DNA of 63,053 nucleotides, filler included, from Bonamia ostreae (Eukaryota), in the NCBI GenBank assembly GCA_040357525.1. It is 51 parts of 51 records of this genome, joined end to end, with 100 filler letters (N's around TTAATTAATTAA, not from the genome) between each part and the next. Parts side by side here need not be neighbours in the genome. Positions count along the whole stretch, not along the records: positions 1 to 1,145 come from JBDODL010002543.1; positions 1,246 to 2,390 come from JBDODL010002544.1; positions 2,491 to 3,635 come from JBDODL010002545.1; positions 3,736 to 4,879 come from JBDODL010002546.1; positions 4,980 to 6,123 come from JBDODL010002547.1; positions 6,224 to 7,367 come from JBDODL010002548.1; positions 7,468 to 8,611 come from JBDODL010002549.1; positions 8,712 to 9,854 come from JBDODL010002550.1; 43 more parts are not named here. The stretch is one strand, 5' to 3'. The notes beneath the pieces were generated by a model that was not told where the DNA came from, ran no database searches, and saw nothing but the letters and a program-made list of their open reading frames with translations. This document shows, piece after piece, positions 1 through 13,826 of the stretch. Within the stretch, counting starts at the first letter, position 1, and the number at the start of each line of letters is the position of its first letter. The position numbers and the translations under genes were made by a program.

Positions 1-1145
1 ACAGCAGTTTTCATGACAAAACATTTCATTTCATGTCATGATATTTGACCATGTAAACTTCATCTAAGAGTTTAACCCCAATTTAAAACAATAATTAAAA
101 CATTCACTTTGCTCGTGACTTTTGAATGGGGAGTGATACATCTTTCATATGTCAAGTATCCATCTTTCTGACAAGAGCTTTCTTTTGGTACCAAAGGCTT
201 TTACTTAACCTTGAATTTGGATAAGAAAAGATAGTCTAGGCGATATCTTCTGAGGCGTTTAAGATAGGACTTTCATATTTTGTTTAAATATTTATCATTG
301 CAATACCTTATATTCTATACCATGAATCATAATTCCTTGTGACCTTGTATAACAGTTATGCCATGACCCTATGAAGCTAGGTTATGGTCATAATATGGGT
401 TCGTATTATATTAGCATAGAAGAAATAAATGTTCCCTCTGCTGGACTTTATTTTGCCTTTGTGCAAAGTCTTTGTTGACACATAACTTATTTGTTTCATA
501 CTAATTAAATATGGAACGATTTCAAGGCCAAAGCGTAATATTAGAATTTCCGTAGAACATCTTGCTGATTAAAACACAATAGAAATATAGCGTAAAGTAG
601 AAAAATCAGACTTGCATTTCTTATTTCATTGTGTTTGTCGATAGTACACTTTTCTCGATGAACCTTTTTCTAAATTTGCATTAATTCAAATTTAAAGGAA
701 TTCGAGAGGTGAAGCATTATAAGATCTACTTGAAAGTATTCGGGAGGTCACAAAATTTTATAGCAAAGAAAGCCAATTTGCATAAAAGTACAAGTTTGTT
801 TTAAACATGAACCCTGGGCCAGAATAGGATTGCAATATGGCTTTAAGTATCAGGTAGGAATATACATGTAGCTTTTTATATATAAAAAGGTATCAAAACC
901 CCTAATATATTCATTTGCCACTTTAATTTACAAAAATCACGCAAATCAAGAATGAGTTTTGTTAAAACCACAACTTGTGGGACCGGGATTGGGCAACAAA
1001 AAGAATTTCAAAATTTAAAGAGGCCTCTACTGGAAAGATGCATTGGGACGAATTAAAAGGATCATTATTCCAATGAATATTTTCAAGTTACATAGTGAAA
1101 AATATTCTTTAAATATATACTCAACAAAAAATACAGAGCTACATT

Positions 1146-1245
1146 NNNNNNNNNNNNNNNNNNNNNNNNNNNNNNNNNNNNNNNNNNNNTTAATTAATTA
1201 ANNNNNNNNNNNNNNNNNNNNNNNNNNNNNNNNNNNNNNNNNNNN
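1146..1245. other. Artificial contig linker N44-TTAATTAATTAA-N44 (first of 50 identical copies, one every ~1.24 kb)
   Basis: Identical 100-nt block with stops in all six frames recurs between contigs whose length falls steadily from 1145 to 1131 bp; a standard pseudomolecule spacer. Confidence 0.99.
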
Positions 1246-4200
1246 ATTCCAAACGACAAAAAGCTTGTAACAGTTAAAAGGAAACTAAAGTGCCAAAAAG
1301 TAACATATACATATATATTATCTAATAGAAAATAAAAAAAAATATCATGTTTAAATAAAATGATATGTGGAAAACACGAAAAACTGCTTGTGCTCAGAAT
1401 TAATTTGTAAAATGAAAAACAAAAATGCTTTGAAGGAAACTTTTACTAGTAAATTTAACTTACATGTATATAAAAACAAACATGACACATTTTCATTACA
1501 CAATATGAAAGGAAATTATATATGTATATTGCACCCAAAAATCCAATACAATTTGAAGAGATAAAATATCAGGACGTTTGACTTGTCATACTTTGCTACA
1601 ATTACAAATATTGATTGATCATCATACGGACTATTATCATTCTCTGCAATGTCGATGATAGCATTTGAAGCATCGTGATAAATGTCCACTCACCATAGGT
1701 TGCCATTTCCGCATTTTGTTTGTTTAAAATCGATAAAAATTTAAAAAAGGAATGCTACTCTACGAATCTGAATCAAGTACACTTTAGATGCGGAAAACAT
1801 GTACTGTCAAGTCCATCACTATCATCAGAAATAATCTCTAAGGGCCAAATCTTAACAAGGTAAATATTTCATAATTGAGAGGGTAGTTATTCAACAATGT
1901 GGGTCAAAGTTTGATCCAACATCCGTTGTAAAATTACCCCTAGGGTCGTTTTTGAATGGGGTCACTATGATATCGAACATCGATCGATTTCATAATTCCT
2001 ATAAACAATACAATAGAGAGATAATCATTACTGCAGCTTGATATCGTAGGCCTTGAAAAAATAGTCCCCGGTCAATTCATAAGACTTGGTCGTTCAATGG
2101 TACGAGTACATCATGCTTATTGATATCATGAAAACCGAATGTATAACGAAATTTGGCTACACGGTTTGGTGCTTTGTCAAAGGTCTTTGATCATGCATAA
2201 TATAAGTTAGTGATAACTTCTTTTTAACTGTTTCGAAGTTATCCAAACAGAACTGAAATCATATCTTGCACAGAAATGCATGCTTAATTCACAATTACAT
2301 GTTAGAATCCCCCAGCGGATCTGTATTTGGTATTATTTTTTTTTTTTTTTTTTTACCTGTCAATGATATTGCATAAAGCTAGTCAAAGTTNNNNNNNNNN
2401 NNNNNNNNNNNNNNNNNNNNNNNNNNNNNNNNNNTTAATTAATTAANNNNNNNNNNNNNNNNNNNNNNNNNNNNNNNNNNNNNNNNNNNNGATATCGATT
2501 AAGACAATGTATACAGTAGGTTATTAGCAAAATTCTTGAGAGAAAGAACTACACCATTTTAAGCTTTTTTTTCTCAATTCAATTAAGTTGTCGATCAAAT
2601 CACCATAAGGTATTTGTTCCAACCTGCACATATTTTCTGCCTCGTTTCAAAAGAACACGTTGTAGATTTAGATAGAGCTAGCTACAGATTGAAATTGCCA
2701 AAAGATTTTTTTTTTTAAATATTTCTAACCTTTTTCCTACGTATGTAAATGTATACATATGTATGTGGAATCACCAATTACATGTACATAGAAAAGTAAT
2801 AAATGATAAGTACGAAACTATCGCTCTTACATAGATAATGAGAATATGTCGTTGATAACACGTTTTGTTTTTCTTTTTATCTGGCAATGTTATCAATGCG
2901 TTCGAATAGCATGTCGTTATTTGACTAATCTTATCTTACCTGTTTTTTCATATCACCTTTTCTTTTCTTGCATTTTACGGAATCAATATTTCTATTTTCA
3001 AACTATATGAATGCGATATATGAAAAACAAACAAAACCTTTTGTCGTACACAACTAATAAAACGTGTATGGGTATTTTTCCCTAATAAATGATGCGATCG
3101 ATATTTAGTAGGACATCATTTGAAGTGGGATAAACAACATGATACATTGATGTGCATTTCGTTTCATCTATATTATAGGGAAATGTAAGAACATCAAGAC
3201 CTTGAATCAACCTTATATACTAGATAGATAGAATGATGGATGAATGAATGTATAAATTATCTTATTGACCTACACAGTAGGATCATTGCACAGCTCTCCA
3301 AAGCGTTTGTCAGAGTTAGAGAACAAATGGGTCTCTTATCATTTGAGGAAAACGAAACTTAAAATTTATTTAATGGCTGGCGTGACTAGAATCGAAAAAC
3401 ACTGTGTCATTCTTAAATCCTTAACTGCATCATGTGTAAAATCGTTTTTATCACTTTATCACTTTTTCAATAAAAATATATCGTCAAATTGAACAACATA
3501 CAGTTTTCCTATTGAATTTGTTATGGAATCATTGATTATTTGTTTGTCTACAATGGAGTTATTTTTTTAAAACATTCATACACACTGATCGGCCTTTTAA
3601 AATGCCGCTTCAACCAATTGGTTGGCTATATATAANNNNNNNNNNNNNNNNNNNNNNNNNNNNNNNNNNNNNNNNNNNNTTAATTAATTAANNNNNNNNN
3701 NNNNNNNNNNNNNNNNNNNNNNNNNNNNNNNNNNNTTAGACTATGGAATGCTCCATTTTTATGTTTAATATAAGGCGCACGGTGGTCAATAGAGTTTGCT
3801 CAATCTTCCTATGTACATGAACCCACCTCTGTTGTGTCGAGGAGTTCATAATTATCCTACTTTTAATTATGTATTTTTCATAAAAATTATGAAACCAATC
3901 ACCTTTCAATACCATTCTATACATATCTTAGCATGAAAAAAAGTTAAATGGTGGAGATGAACATATGTCTTCTTAGATGGTAGAAAATGAGGACTTCACA
4001 CTTATGCAATATTTAGAAATCCAACTTTAAATATAAAAATGTGCGTTATTGGGGTGAATATTTATGTTAAAAGTAAAATTATAAAGTTAACATTAATAAA
4101 TATAAATTTATTGTAAAAATCAACCCAGACTGGTTTTGCCATTTTTAGTTTTAATTTTTGTTTATCTATTATTATTATTATATGTATGATATTTCGATTC

Positions 4201-5299
4201 GCATCTGTATTCCTGTATACTTGAAAAGCGCATACATGACATATTTTAGCTTTCGCTTGGAAATTATGTGAAATGATGTTCAGTGTTCCAATTGGATTTC
4301 ACGAGAAGATAAAAGTTTCATTTACACCCTTGGTGATATTTGTAAAAGAACATTGATCACACTATATATCAGATTATTTCATACTTTGCTAATATAAAAC
4401 ATTGGCACAGGAAAACATGAAGATGTAAAAATGAAATAATTAGTATTCTATATTTGTACTATACAGTTTAGTAGACATTGCACTTCACATAAAAGTGTAA
4501 TTAGTGTGAAAATGCACACGGGTATGAAAATAAACTTACAAACATGTATTCAGATAAAATTATTTTTTTTTTTGAATTTCTATCATTAGATTGTTCCAAA
4601 TTCAACCCTGTCCATTTAAAACTATTCAAATTTTGTTGACTATTTAGAAACACATTTGAATCGTTTGACGAATTCTAAAGCACATTTTCAAAAATAAGAA
4701 TGTGCACATTTTCAAGAATGCATGTAAACAAATCATACATAGAGGTGATTCTTACCTGTTCGGTGTATCTTGCAAGCGATACGCACAGTTTTCAAGTTTT
4801 ATTTTAAAGGAATAATATTTCTGTAATCATAAATATCAACCAATAGAAGTATGATACCCATACATTGCCATATATGGTANNNNNNNNNNNNNNNNNNNNN
4901 NNNNNNNNNNNNNNNNNNNNNNNTTAATTAATTAANNNNNNNNNNNNNNNNNNNNNNNNNNNNNNNNNNNNNNNNNNNNTATAAGTTAGTCGAAAAAATA
5001 ATTAGTCAAAAAAATTTAATTTATCAGAAAAAAATTTTGTCTAAAAAAGTTTAATTTATCAGAATAAATTTCGCAAAAAAAGTTTAATTTATAAGATAAA
5101 ATTTCGTCGAAAAAATAAAAAATTTAAATGACTAAAAATATTTCGTCAAAAAAATTGAATTTACAATATTTCGTCGAACAATAAAAAGTTAATTTAAATG
5201 ACTAAAAAAATTACGTCAAAAAAAGTTTTTCAGAAAAAATTTAATTTTGTCGAAAAAATAAAAAATGTAATTGACCAAAAAAAATTTAACGTCCAAAAC

Positions 5300-5914
5300 C
5301 TTCGAAATGGAATCAGCGGCTTTAGTCGAAAAGGCAACCACAGCGCCGAAACTCTTCAGACGCACGCCCATCTCGCCATCCGACAATCCGTTCGCGAAAA
5401 CCGCTTTCAGCCCTTTCATTTGGTTCTCGTCCAAATCGGTTATGTTCGCTATGTCCCCGAAAATCAAGTACGCGTCGCCACGCAGAAGAATGTTCTGCGA
5501 TTTTGTGAACCGGGCGAGCTCCGGAAACAACTGCGGCCACCCGTTTCTCGGCAGTTCCAGTTCCGCGATTTCCGAGATGAACGTGATGAGCTGTCTTCGA
5601 ACCAAGTCTTCCGTCTCCTTTTCGAACGCGCCGAGACACAATTTTTTCAGGCCGTTTCTGCCGTCTTCCGGAAGTTTGTTGTAGACCTCGTAGTCGGTCT
5701 TGATCAGGTTTCTGCGCATCACGATGAACGACATTGAGCGCACACTAGAATTCGTCGATTGGGCAGAGACTTGGCCCAAGAGCATCAGCGCTTGGGAGCC
5801 GTTTTCGGTGAAGCTCTTTTCAAGTTGAAGTTCGGCGGGGCTGCGGACGCTTTCGTCGGGAGATTGAATGTTTTCAATAAGCGTCTCAACGAGTCTGAGT
5901 TGGTTTTGCTGCAT
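5300..5914 (-). CDS. Importin-beta family karyopherin (importin-4/5-like), first exon (protist)
   Basis: N-terminal IBN_N/HEAT pattern: SPDESVRSPAELQL, VRSMSFIVMRR, LVRRQLITFISEIA, WPQLFPEL. Probable donor AAG|GTTTTG at 5299. Confidence 0.8.
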
Positions 5915-6247
5915 TGAGAAGCTATTAGGTTTTGCTCGATTTGGCTATTTTTTATTTTGTGCCTTTTCGGGTTTAGGGTTCTCACACGTAAAAAGAAATT
6001 GCTTTTCTGATTCGATAGTTTTTTTAATTTGATTTATATGAAAATATTTTAAAATGTTTTAGCCATTTTTGTGTAGCTGTCGTTTTGTTCTTTCGTTTCT
6101 ACTAAAAATGTTGTTTCATTAATNNNNNNNNNNNNNNNNNNNNNNNNNNNNNNNNNNNNNNNNNNNNTTAATTAATTAANNNNNNNNNNNNNNNNNNNNN
6201 NNNNNNNNNNNNNNNNNNNNNNNATAAAAAAAATTGTAATGTTAAAG

Positions 6248-6482
6248 GAACGTTAAAGGAGAGAAAACAATAGTTTTCTTTGCAGCTAGAAACATAAAGC
6301 GTGGAGAAGAACTTTCTTTCGATTACAATTACGAAACTTTAGGAGAAAACATCTCCATCTGCCATTGCGGCAGTGAAAACTGTCGCGGAAGCATTTCCTC
6401 AATCGACAACAACAAGAATATTTTTACAAAAAACACCAATTTTAAAATTTTTTTCTCGCGCGATAAATTAAGACGTTTTTGA
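6248..6482 (+). CDS. SET-domain histone lysine methyltransferase, last exon (SET C-terminus + post-SET); absent from ORF track
   Basis: Manual translation: NVKGEKTIVFFAARNIKRGEELSFDYNY...CHCGSENCRGSI, i.e. the GEELxxDY and CxCx4C motifs; preceded by acceptor TAAAG. Confidence 0.9.
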
Positions 6483-6722
6483 TAATTTTTATTTATTGCA
6501 AAAATGGCAAATCTCAAATTTAATAAAAATGCAATAAAAAGTTATGAAAAGAGGTTCAAAATCAGAATTTATGAAGAAAACGATACAAATTTGTTTAAAT
6601 GAAAGAAAACTGAAAAAATCTTTTCTTTCAACTGATTTTTCGAAAGCTTTCAACTATTTTCTGAATTTCGAAAAACAACTCAAAAAATCAAATTTTAGAG
6701 AAAAAATTCAAAAATTGTTGAA

Positions 6723-7305
6723 TTAATTTTTTAATAAATGAACTTTAATTTTCATAAACAAAATTTTGAAAAAAACAAAACAAAAATTTATATTTCGAAA
6801 ATCAAGGAAAATCTCGTTATTTTCAAAACCAACACATTTTCTGAAACAAGTCGTTTCATCAATAAGTTCCATTTTCTCAATTTCGTTTATTAAAACGATC
6901 GTCCATTTGTTGCGATAACATTTCAAATGAAATTTTTTATTTTTAAAATTTTGGCAGTTTACTAAAATTTCATCATCTTCAATGAAATTCAAAGGAATTA
7001 ATTTTTTGTTATTTGAAATTTCGAAAAATCGAGGAATTTGAGATTTTTTACATCCGTTTTGTTGTTTCTTTTAATAAAAAAATTACAAAAAACTTTGCAG
7101 TAAACAAATGGCGAATAATTATGAATCAAAGTATTGAAAATTCTCCATTTTGAGTTTTTGCAAATGATCTGAAATAAAGTTGGTTTATTATTTTCCAAAC
7201 AAAAAGTTGTCAACCTTTTTCCGTTTAATTGATATTTGTTATGAATAGACGAATAAACGAATAAATATTTTTTTATTGAGTTTGTTGTGCATGTTTTGGG
7301 GATGT
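6723..7305 (-). CDS. Multi-exon protist gene of unknown function (partial)
   Basis: ORFs 6998-7213 and 6723-6992 join in frame after removing a 26-nt GTTTTT...AAAAG intron at 7068-7093. Confidence 0.55.
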
Positions 7306-7467
7306 CTTAATTTTTGTAAATTTTAATTTTCGATTTTATCAAATTGTTACGATTTTTGTAAATTTTANNNNNNNNNNNNNNNNNNNNNNNNNNNNNNNNN
7401 NNNNNNNNNNNTTAATTAATTAANNNNNNNNNNNNNNNNNNNNNNNNNNNNNNNNNNNNNNNNNNNN

Positions 7468-7590
7468 CAACAAAAAATCGTTTTTTAGAATTGAAACAAC
7501 AAAAAATCGTTTTTTAGAATTGAAACAACAAAAAATCGTTTTTTGGAATTGAAACAACAAAAAATCGTTTTATAGAATTGAATCAACAAA
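7468..7590. repeat. 29-bp tandem repeat, ~4 copies
   Basis: Unit CAACAAAAAATCGTTTTTTAGAATTGAAA repeated head to tail. Confidence 0.95.
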
Positions 7591-8304
7591 AATTCACTGT
7601 TATTTATCAAATAATCAAGAATTCTCGGCGTGAAATATGATATAATCATCGAAGCTTTTACAAAGATAGATCAAATTTAAAACCTCCCGCTCTTTTTATT
7701 GAATGAAGACTTTCCAAAATAATCTCAAAATTTTCAAAACGTTTCTCCGTTTCAAACAACATGACGTACTCGCCGCTGACCTGATAAGCAGCAACTGGTA
7801 CCAATACGTTTTTAGAAACGGCTGAGATTATATCGAGATAAAACACTTTAAAATAAGTTAAAGTTTATTATTTGAACAAATTGGTCGCGACAAAAACTCG
7901 CCGGTTTGACGATAAGAAAATCAGCTCCTTCTAATTCGTCTCGTTTCGAGGCTTTCAAAGCAAGATTTGTGGCCATTGAAGGAAGTTGGTACGTTTTTCT
8001 ATTCTTCAGAACGATTTTGTTGCAAATCTCTATTTTGGCAATGTTTTTACTTTCGCTGTTGTTACCAGAATTTTTTGTAGACGATATTGACTTTGCAACG
8101 CCCGATTTGCAAGCGGATCGGAACGGGCCGTAGAGATTCGAAGCGAATTTGGCTGAGTAGCTCATAATTGCGATAGGTTGAAGGTTTTTTTGGTTCAAAG
8201 TTTGTCTGATTTTCAAGATTCTGTTGTCCATCATGTCGGAAGGGGCTATTATGTCTGCGCCGCTTTTTGCGTACAATAAAGATATTTCTGATAATCGGGC
8301 GATG
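7590..8304 (-). CDS. ALAD: Delta-aminolevulinate dehydratase (porphobilinogen synthase), C-terminal exons (protist)
   Basis: GADIIAPSDMMD, IMSYSAKFAS-LYGPFR, EGADFLIVKPA, AYQVSGEY, KRAGASMIISYF. Introns 7846-7897 and 7655-7683 restore the frame. True 3' end uncertain. Confidence 0.95.
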
Positions 8305-8711
8305 CTTTAATTTGTTTTTTTGGATTTGCCAATGATTTATTTTTCAGACATTTTTGTTTTTTTTTGTGGATGAAGACATTTTTATTGGATTTGTCAATGA
8401 ACTATTTTTAAGACATTTTTGTTTTTTTTTGTTGATGAAGACATTTTCGTTTTTTTTTTGATTTGCCAATAAACTATTTTGATAAATTTTTGTTTTTTTT
8501 TTTGATGAAGACATTTTAGTTTTTTTTTGGATTTGTAAATTAACTATTTTTAATACAATTTTTTTTTTTTTTTAGGATTAAGAAAATTTTATTTTTTTGG
8601 TTTTTTAAATTNNNNNNNNNNNNNNNNNNNNNNNNNNNNNNNNNNNNNNNNNNNNTTAATTAATTAANNNNNNNNNNNNNNNNNNNNNNNNNNNNNNNNN
8701 NNNNNNNNNNN

Positions 8712-9170
8712 AACGGTTTTTTAAGGATTTTTGTAAACGATTTTGTAAAAGATTTAAAACGATTCAAATTTTCAATGTTATCGCTATTACAAAAAGGTGA
8801 TTTGCAGATATAAACGATTCCATCGCCGCCACAACAAATCAGAAAATCGACCGAATTAATAACAATCCAACGCATTTCGAAGGCGAAAGTGAAATTGTGT
8901 TTTAATACCATTTTCAAAATCGGTTTTTGGGCAAAATCAGCAAAATCCCAAAATTGAATTGTGTTTGAGCCAAAATGTCGCTTTTTGTTAAATTTTTGAA
9001 AATCGAATTTTCTTATTTGATAGAACAAAGAGAACCTTTGAAATAGAAACAAACTCTTCTTGGACATTTGTTGATATGGCCAGAACATTGATCAATGGAC
9101 TCCAGGCCATGCTCATCACATGTCCGGATGGATTTATATAAATATCGTCTTTTTCTTTTTGCTTAAAGAG
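8712..9170 (-). CDS. WD40-repeat protein fragment, possibly TFIIIC subunit GTF3C2/Tfc6-like
   Basis: Spliced reading YINPSGHVMSMAWSPLINVLAIST...SNTIQFWDF...LICCGGDGIVYI resembles WD40 blades; the TFIIIC assignment is tentative. Confidence 0.45.
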
Positions 9171-9954
9171 CTTAAAGATTTTTATTTTAATAATACTTTT
9201 GCGGAAAATGGCGGCAAATTAAAATTTTTGTTATTTTTATTTAATTCAAGCAGTTTATAATCAGATTTTTCCATTTTTTACGAATATATGGAATTCGATT
9301 AATTGGGTTTAAGCTCGAAGCTTTTAATGTACAATATTTTTAATGATATTTTAATGTCTATTGTTGTAAAATATTTGAGTTATTTTCATTCGACAATTTT
9401 TAAAACTTTTTATAAAGCTCTTCGTGAACACTTTTTCGACGTTTGATATTATCTTTAATAATTGTTTCTGAAAGTTTATCATAAATGGAATAAGTGGCTT
9501 CTGATATTGCTTTATTAAGTATCTCAAACATTCTTTCTTCCTTTGAAAATTACGAATTTAAACCGAAATATTTTTAAATTTTTTAGTTTTCGTTTTCTTC
9601 AAAATAAGAATAAAAATAAAGAATAAAAAAGCAATTCCGTTAAAAATAAATAGGTTTCTTAAATTGCTTTTCTTCAATAACAAATTTTCTCTTTTTAATA
9701 AATCCATTTTTAAAGATTTTTTGGATTTCTCAAATTCTGAAATACAAAAACTTTGATGAATTGGATTTTTTAATGTGTGGCGTTCTCAAAACAATTGCAA
9801 AAATAAATTAAAACGTTTTTTAAAGAGATGTTTAAAAACAATTAAAAAATAAAANNNNNNNNNNNNNNNNNNNNNNNNNNNNNNNNNNNNNNNNNNNNTT
9901 AATTAATTAANNNNNNNNNNNNNNNNNNNNNNNNNNNNNNNNNNNNNNNNNNNN

Positions 9955-10435
9955 AAAAACGGGGAAACGGGAAGACTTAATAGATATGGCAGGAGACAAT
10001 TTTGCTGAAGATGTCAGAAAGAAGGACAGCAAAGGCGACGAGAAGGCGAAAGAAAATGAAATTGATCTCCTCGACATTGAATTGGAAGGCGGCGATTTTA
10101 CAGAGCGTTTTCAAGAGAAAGATGGAGTTGATAAGAACGATGGCAGAGCGTCTGCTTCGAACAGTTTAGATTTGATCGATTCTTTGTCGCCTTCTTTTGA
10201 CAAATTGCAAATCGAAGGCGATCCCAAAAAAGCGGCAAAAAATCTTTTCGAAACAGAAAATTACAAAACAAAAAGTTCGGAAAAAGACGTTTTGGCAAAA
10301 TCTCAAAACATTGCGGATGAAAAATTGAAGCAGATGATTCCCGGAAGTGATTTAGTTGATCTAGAAGGGCTAATGAAAAGGGGAAGCAAAGGCACTTTTC
10401 GCTCAAAAGACAAAAAGAGAATGAATCAAATGTGA
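9955..10435 (+). CDS. Charged low-complexity C-terminal exon, unknown protein (protist)
   Basis: Long open frame running from the contig edge with coding-like composition. Confidence 0.5.
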
Positions 10436-10880
10436 TAAATAGCCCTTTTATTAATCAAAATTTATTACTTTTTGATGCGATCGAATATTTTCAACTTTGT
10501 ATTTTTTCATAAGTTTCGGCGCGTTCCGATTCTAATCTTTTCAATGCGATATTTGTTGTATATTTTGATATTTGTGAGGATATTCCGTTTTTTTTTAATT
10601 TTCTTTAAAGTTTTCTTCTAAATCAATTTTGGCTCAATCTTTTGTGATTGTACAATATCAATTTTTTCCAAAATGCACTTCGATTTTATGGCAATTTATC
10701 ATGCGAATCTTGGTGCATTCCGGAATGATTTTTTTTAACTTTAATAATCTTGTCAATTACGAAGTAAAATTTTTTGTTGTCATCTTTTTGTACAAAATAT
10801 CGTTTTTGTTATCATTAAAATCTATTTAGATATTATTTTTTAGTGATTTTATTAAAAAAGAGTTTGATATTTACTAAAAC

Positions 10881-11055
10881 TCAAAATATATTTTCCCCGA
10901 ATCCGGTAATAGAACAACTGAGTTTCCACAACTTTTGCATGTTCTCTTTCCCAATGTTATTTTCTGGATCGGCATCTTTTGCTGGTTTTGACAATGTCGT
11001 TTCGTTCAAATACAAGTTTTTATTTCTGTCAAAATCTTCGGACAAAGCAGCGTAA
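10881..11055 (-). CDS. Probable last exon of a retinol-dehydrogenase-like short-chain dehydrogenase
   Basis: After acceptor TAAAG: YAALSEDF...LYLNETTLSKPAKDADP...MQKLWKLSCSITG, matching the C-terminal pattern of RDH/WWOX-like SDRs. Confidence 0.55.
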
Positions 11056-12859
11056 CTTTAAATTTTGTAATTTTTAACTAAAATAATTTTGCAATTTNNN
11101 NNNNNNNNNNNNNNNNNNNNNNNNNNNNNNNNNNNNNNNNNTTAATTAATTAANNNNNNNNNNNNNNNNNNNNNNNNNNNNNNNNNNNNNNNNNNNNAAT
11201 ATCATCCATGGTTCGACACGATGATATGAATAAAGTTATCCACTAGATTCATACCAGACAGAAGACTGCGCATGAGCCGGGGGAAAGTAGTATGTGCTGT
11301 CATGAGCCAAAATGGCATAACCTGGAATTGATAAAATTCATTTCCCGTTTTAAATGCTGTTTGTGGTTTTGAAGACTCTGTTAACCTAAATTAACTTGTT
11401 AGTAACCCTTTGTCAAATCAATTTTAGAAAATAACTTATGCCCATAAAGTTTTGAAAACATCTCGTCAGAGTCTGGCATTGGTTCAGAATTAAAAAAAAA
11501 TCTGGCTGTTAAACAGTCTGAAGTCAGCACAAAAGCGGGAATATAACAACTAGTGAGCAAACTGGAAACTCAGAAGGTACAATGATATTCCTTTTTAACG
11601 TCTCACTTACCTATCTGTTGAGCTGTCGTCGATCTTGCATAAATTTCTCCGTTTCTTACCTGAACAGCTTTTTCACTGACCATCCTTCTTTCGTGTTTAA
11701 TTTATATGAACAATAAACTATGGAAAATAAAACATAACTCCATTTCGAGTCATAATAGTTGGGTATAAATTTATTAACTCTACAATTGAACAAAAACACA
11801 TTGATTCTCAATTTCCTAAATTCCCATTTGCATATAAAGGACTGTAACTAACATTAGCTTACATGATTTGTGTATAATGAATAAATTCATCTATGGATAA
11901 CAATGTTCTATTTCCGTACATCTACATCATATTCCACATGTAATATACAGTGTAGTACCTTGCTGACATTATATGTGTAATGAGACGGAGATAGTAATTT
12001 TAGAGGATTTTATTTCCAGCATAGCATATAACATCCCAAATAATCTCTCTTCTGATCTTTATTTCAGACAGGTAACTTCACGAAGACTTGTCGACGTCAT
12101 TCTCTAAAGTTAGTTTCACTAAATGTGACATTCGATCAGACAATAAAGTAAGTTTAACTAGCGCAGGCCAGGTTTTACCTGTCTTGAATATTTATTGAAG
12201 ATCATACTGGAGAGACCGCTTCAACTGAAGAGTTACTTTTTATATTAATCTTGTCTTTGATTTATTTTGCATTTTTGAATATATTTAACGGGTACAACTT
12301 TCAACATGATTGTTGATCTTATTAATCCCAACGTCATTTNNNNNNNNNNNNNNNNNNNNNNNNNNNNNNNNNNNNNNNNNNNNTTAATTAATTAANNNNN
12401 NNNNNNNNNNNNNNNNNNNNNNNNNNNNNNNNNNNNNNNTACAATGGTGATCAAATTCTCAAGGTTTGAAAGTTATCCTTTAAGTAAATAAAACTCTTAC
12501 ATGTTCTGCCATTAAAAAATAAATAATCAAATAAAATTCGCATGCGCTATGAATTTTGGCAGCACGGTGTTAAAATACAGTGTGGTTAATTTGATGCTGT
12601 GATTTGGACGATTTCAAACGGAATATGTGCTTCAAAAGTAGACCTAGTTAACTATATTGTTGCAAAACTAATGAAAAGTTGAAACCAATGAGGTAACCTC
12701 CATTATCAACTATTGCTAGATTCTATTTTACACCCTGGTTATATGCTCAATACATTTACTTTCCACTGGCTTTCTTTATTGTGACGTTTGACTTCTTCAA
12801 ACTTCACTAGAAATTGTTGTTGTATGTTGTTTTTCGTATCGTCGATAATTTTGTACTCA

Positions 12860-13105
12860 TTTTGATACGTCACCAACTTTATACCTGTGCTTAGCGCCGT
12901 AGCAGTGCAGGGCTTTTGACGTACCAACGCCTGTCGCGACATATAACCTCTCCTCGTAAGGTCATATCCGAAAGATCAGAGACTCTCATCTTTAAATGNN
13001 NNNNNNNNTTAGGGTTAACGCGTCATTGACACGAGCGGTCCTAGGACTCACGGCATCCCGATAGCGAAGTGAACGTTCTACCACTGAGCTATCATGATCG
13101 GTACT
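12860..13105 (-). mobile_element. tRNA-derived SINE (bivalve type), degenerate
   Basis: Minus strand begins with a tRNA-like head with A box TAGCTCAGTGG and a decayed B box; body resembles a common oyster SINE (from memory, unverified). Confidence 0.65.
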
Positions 13106-13826
13106 ACACCTTAAATCCATTAACGTTTGGTTTTGCTTTCTACCAAAATCATACTAGAGATGTTTACATAAAGTATCAAAGTTTCATACTTATATCAATA
13201 TCAAATCAAATTTCGAATACCTTTTTCCATGCGTAAATCAAAATGTATTACTGCGTTATTCAAAAGTCTCAAAGGTTTTTCCAAAATTCAGTTAAATATT
13301 TCTTCAAACTAAATTCAGGGTTTCAAATTTGTTGCGATAATTAGTAGCTAAAATGTTTCAAAGCATTAGTGTAAATTATATAACTGTATCTATTGATATC
13401 GAATAAAAAATTGCAAGTGTACATGTAAAACTTATACGGTACATATAATGTAGCATAATGTTTGAACATATTTGTCCACTCCTAGGCATTCTTCAGAGAG
13501 GACAGGTTTTCTCCCTCTGTATTTCAGATTTACATCACTCAAGGGTAAGAAAGTGATGATGTTGTTACATGTATATTATGGNNNNNNNNNNNNNNNNNNN
13601 NNNNNNNNNNNNNNNNNNNNNNNNNTTAATTAATTAANNNNNNNNNNNNNNNNNNNNNNNNNNNNNNNNNNNNNNNNNNNNAAAAATGGCGCTTTAACAA
13701 TATGGCAGTCACTCTTCAAAAGTCAAAGACTTTCAGACGATCTGAGTAAACTTCAATGTTACAAAACATGAAAATTCTTATCTGAAAATAGAATTTTAGA
13801 TTTCATGTAAAAACGGCAAAGTAAAA

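Noticed and set aside
1-4879. Short ORFs in the first four contigs and similar host contigs
   Set aside because: 60-85-aa ORFs with no motifs in AT-rich, repeat-derived non-coding DNA.
5198-5737. Long antisense or alternate-frame ORFs (also 13913-14470, 26266-26850, 46119-46673, 56016-56528)
   Set aside because: Shadows of real genes caused by codon bias; no motifs of their own.
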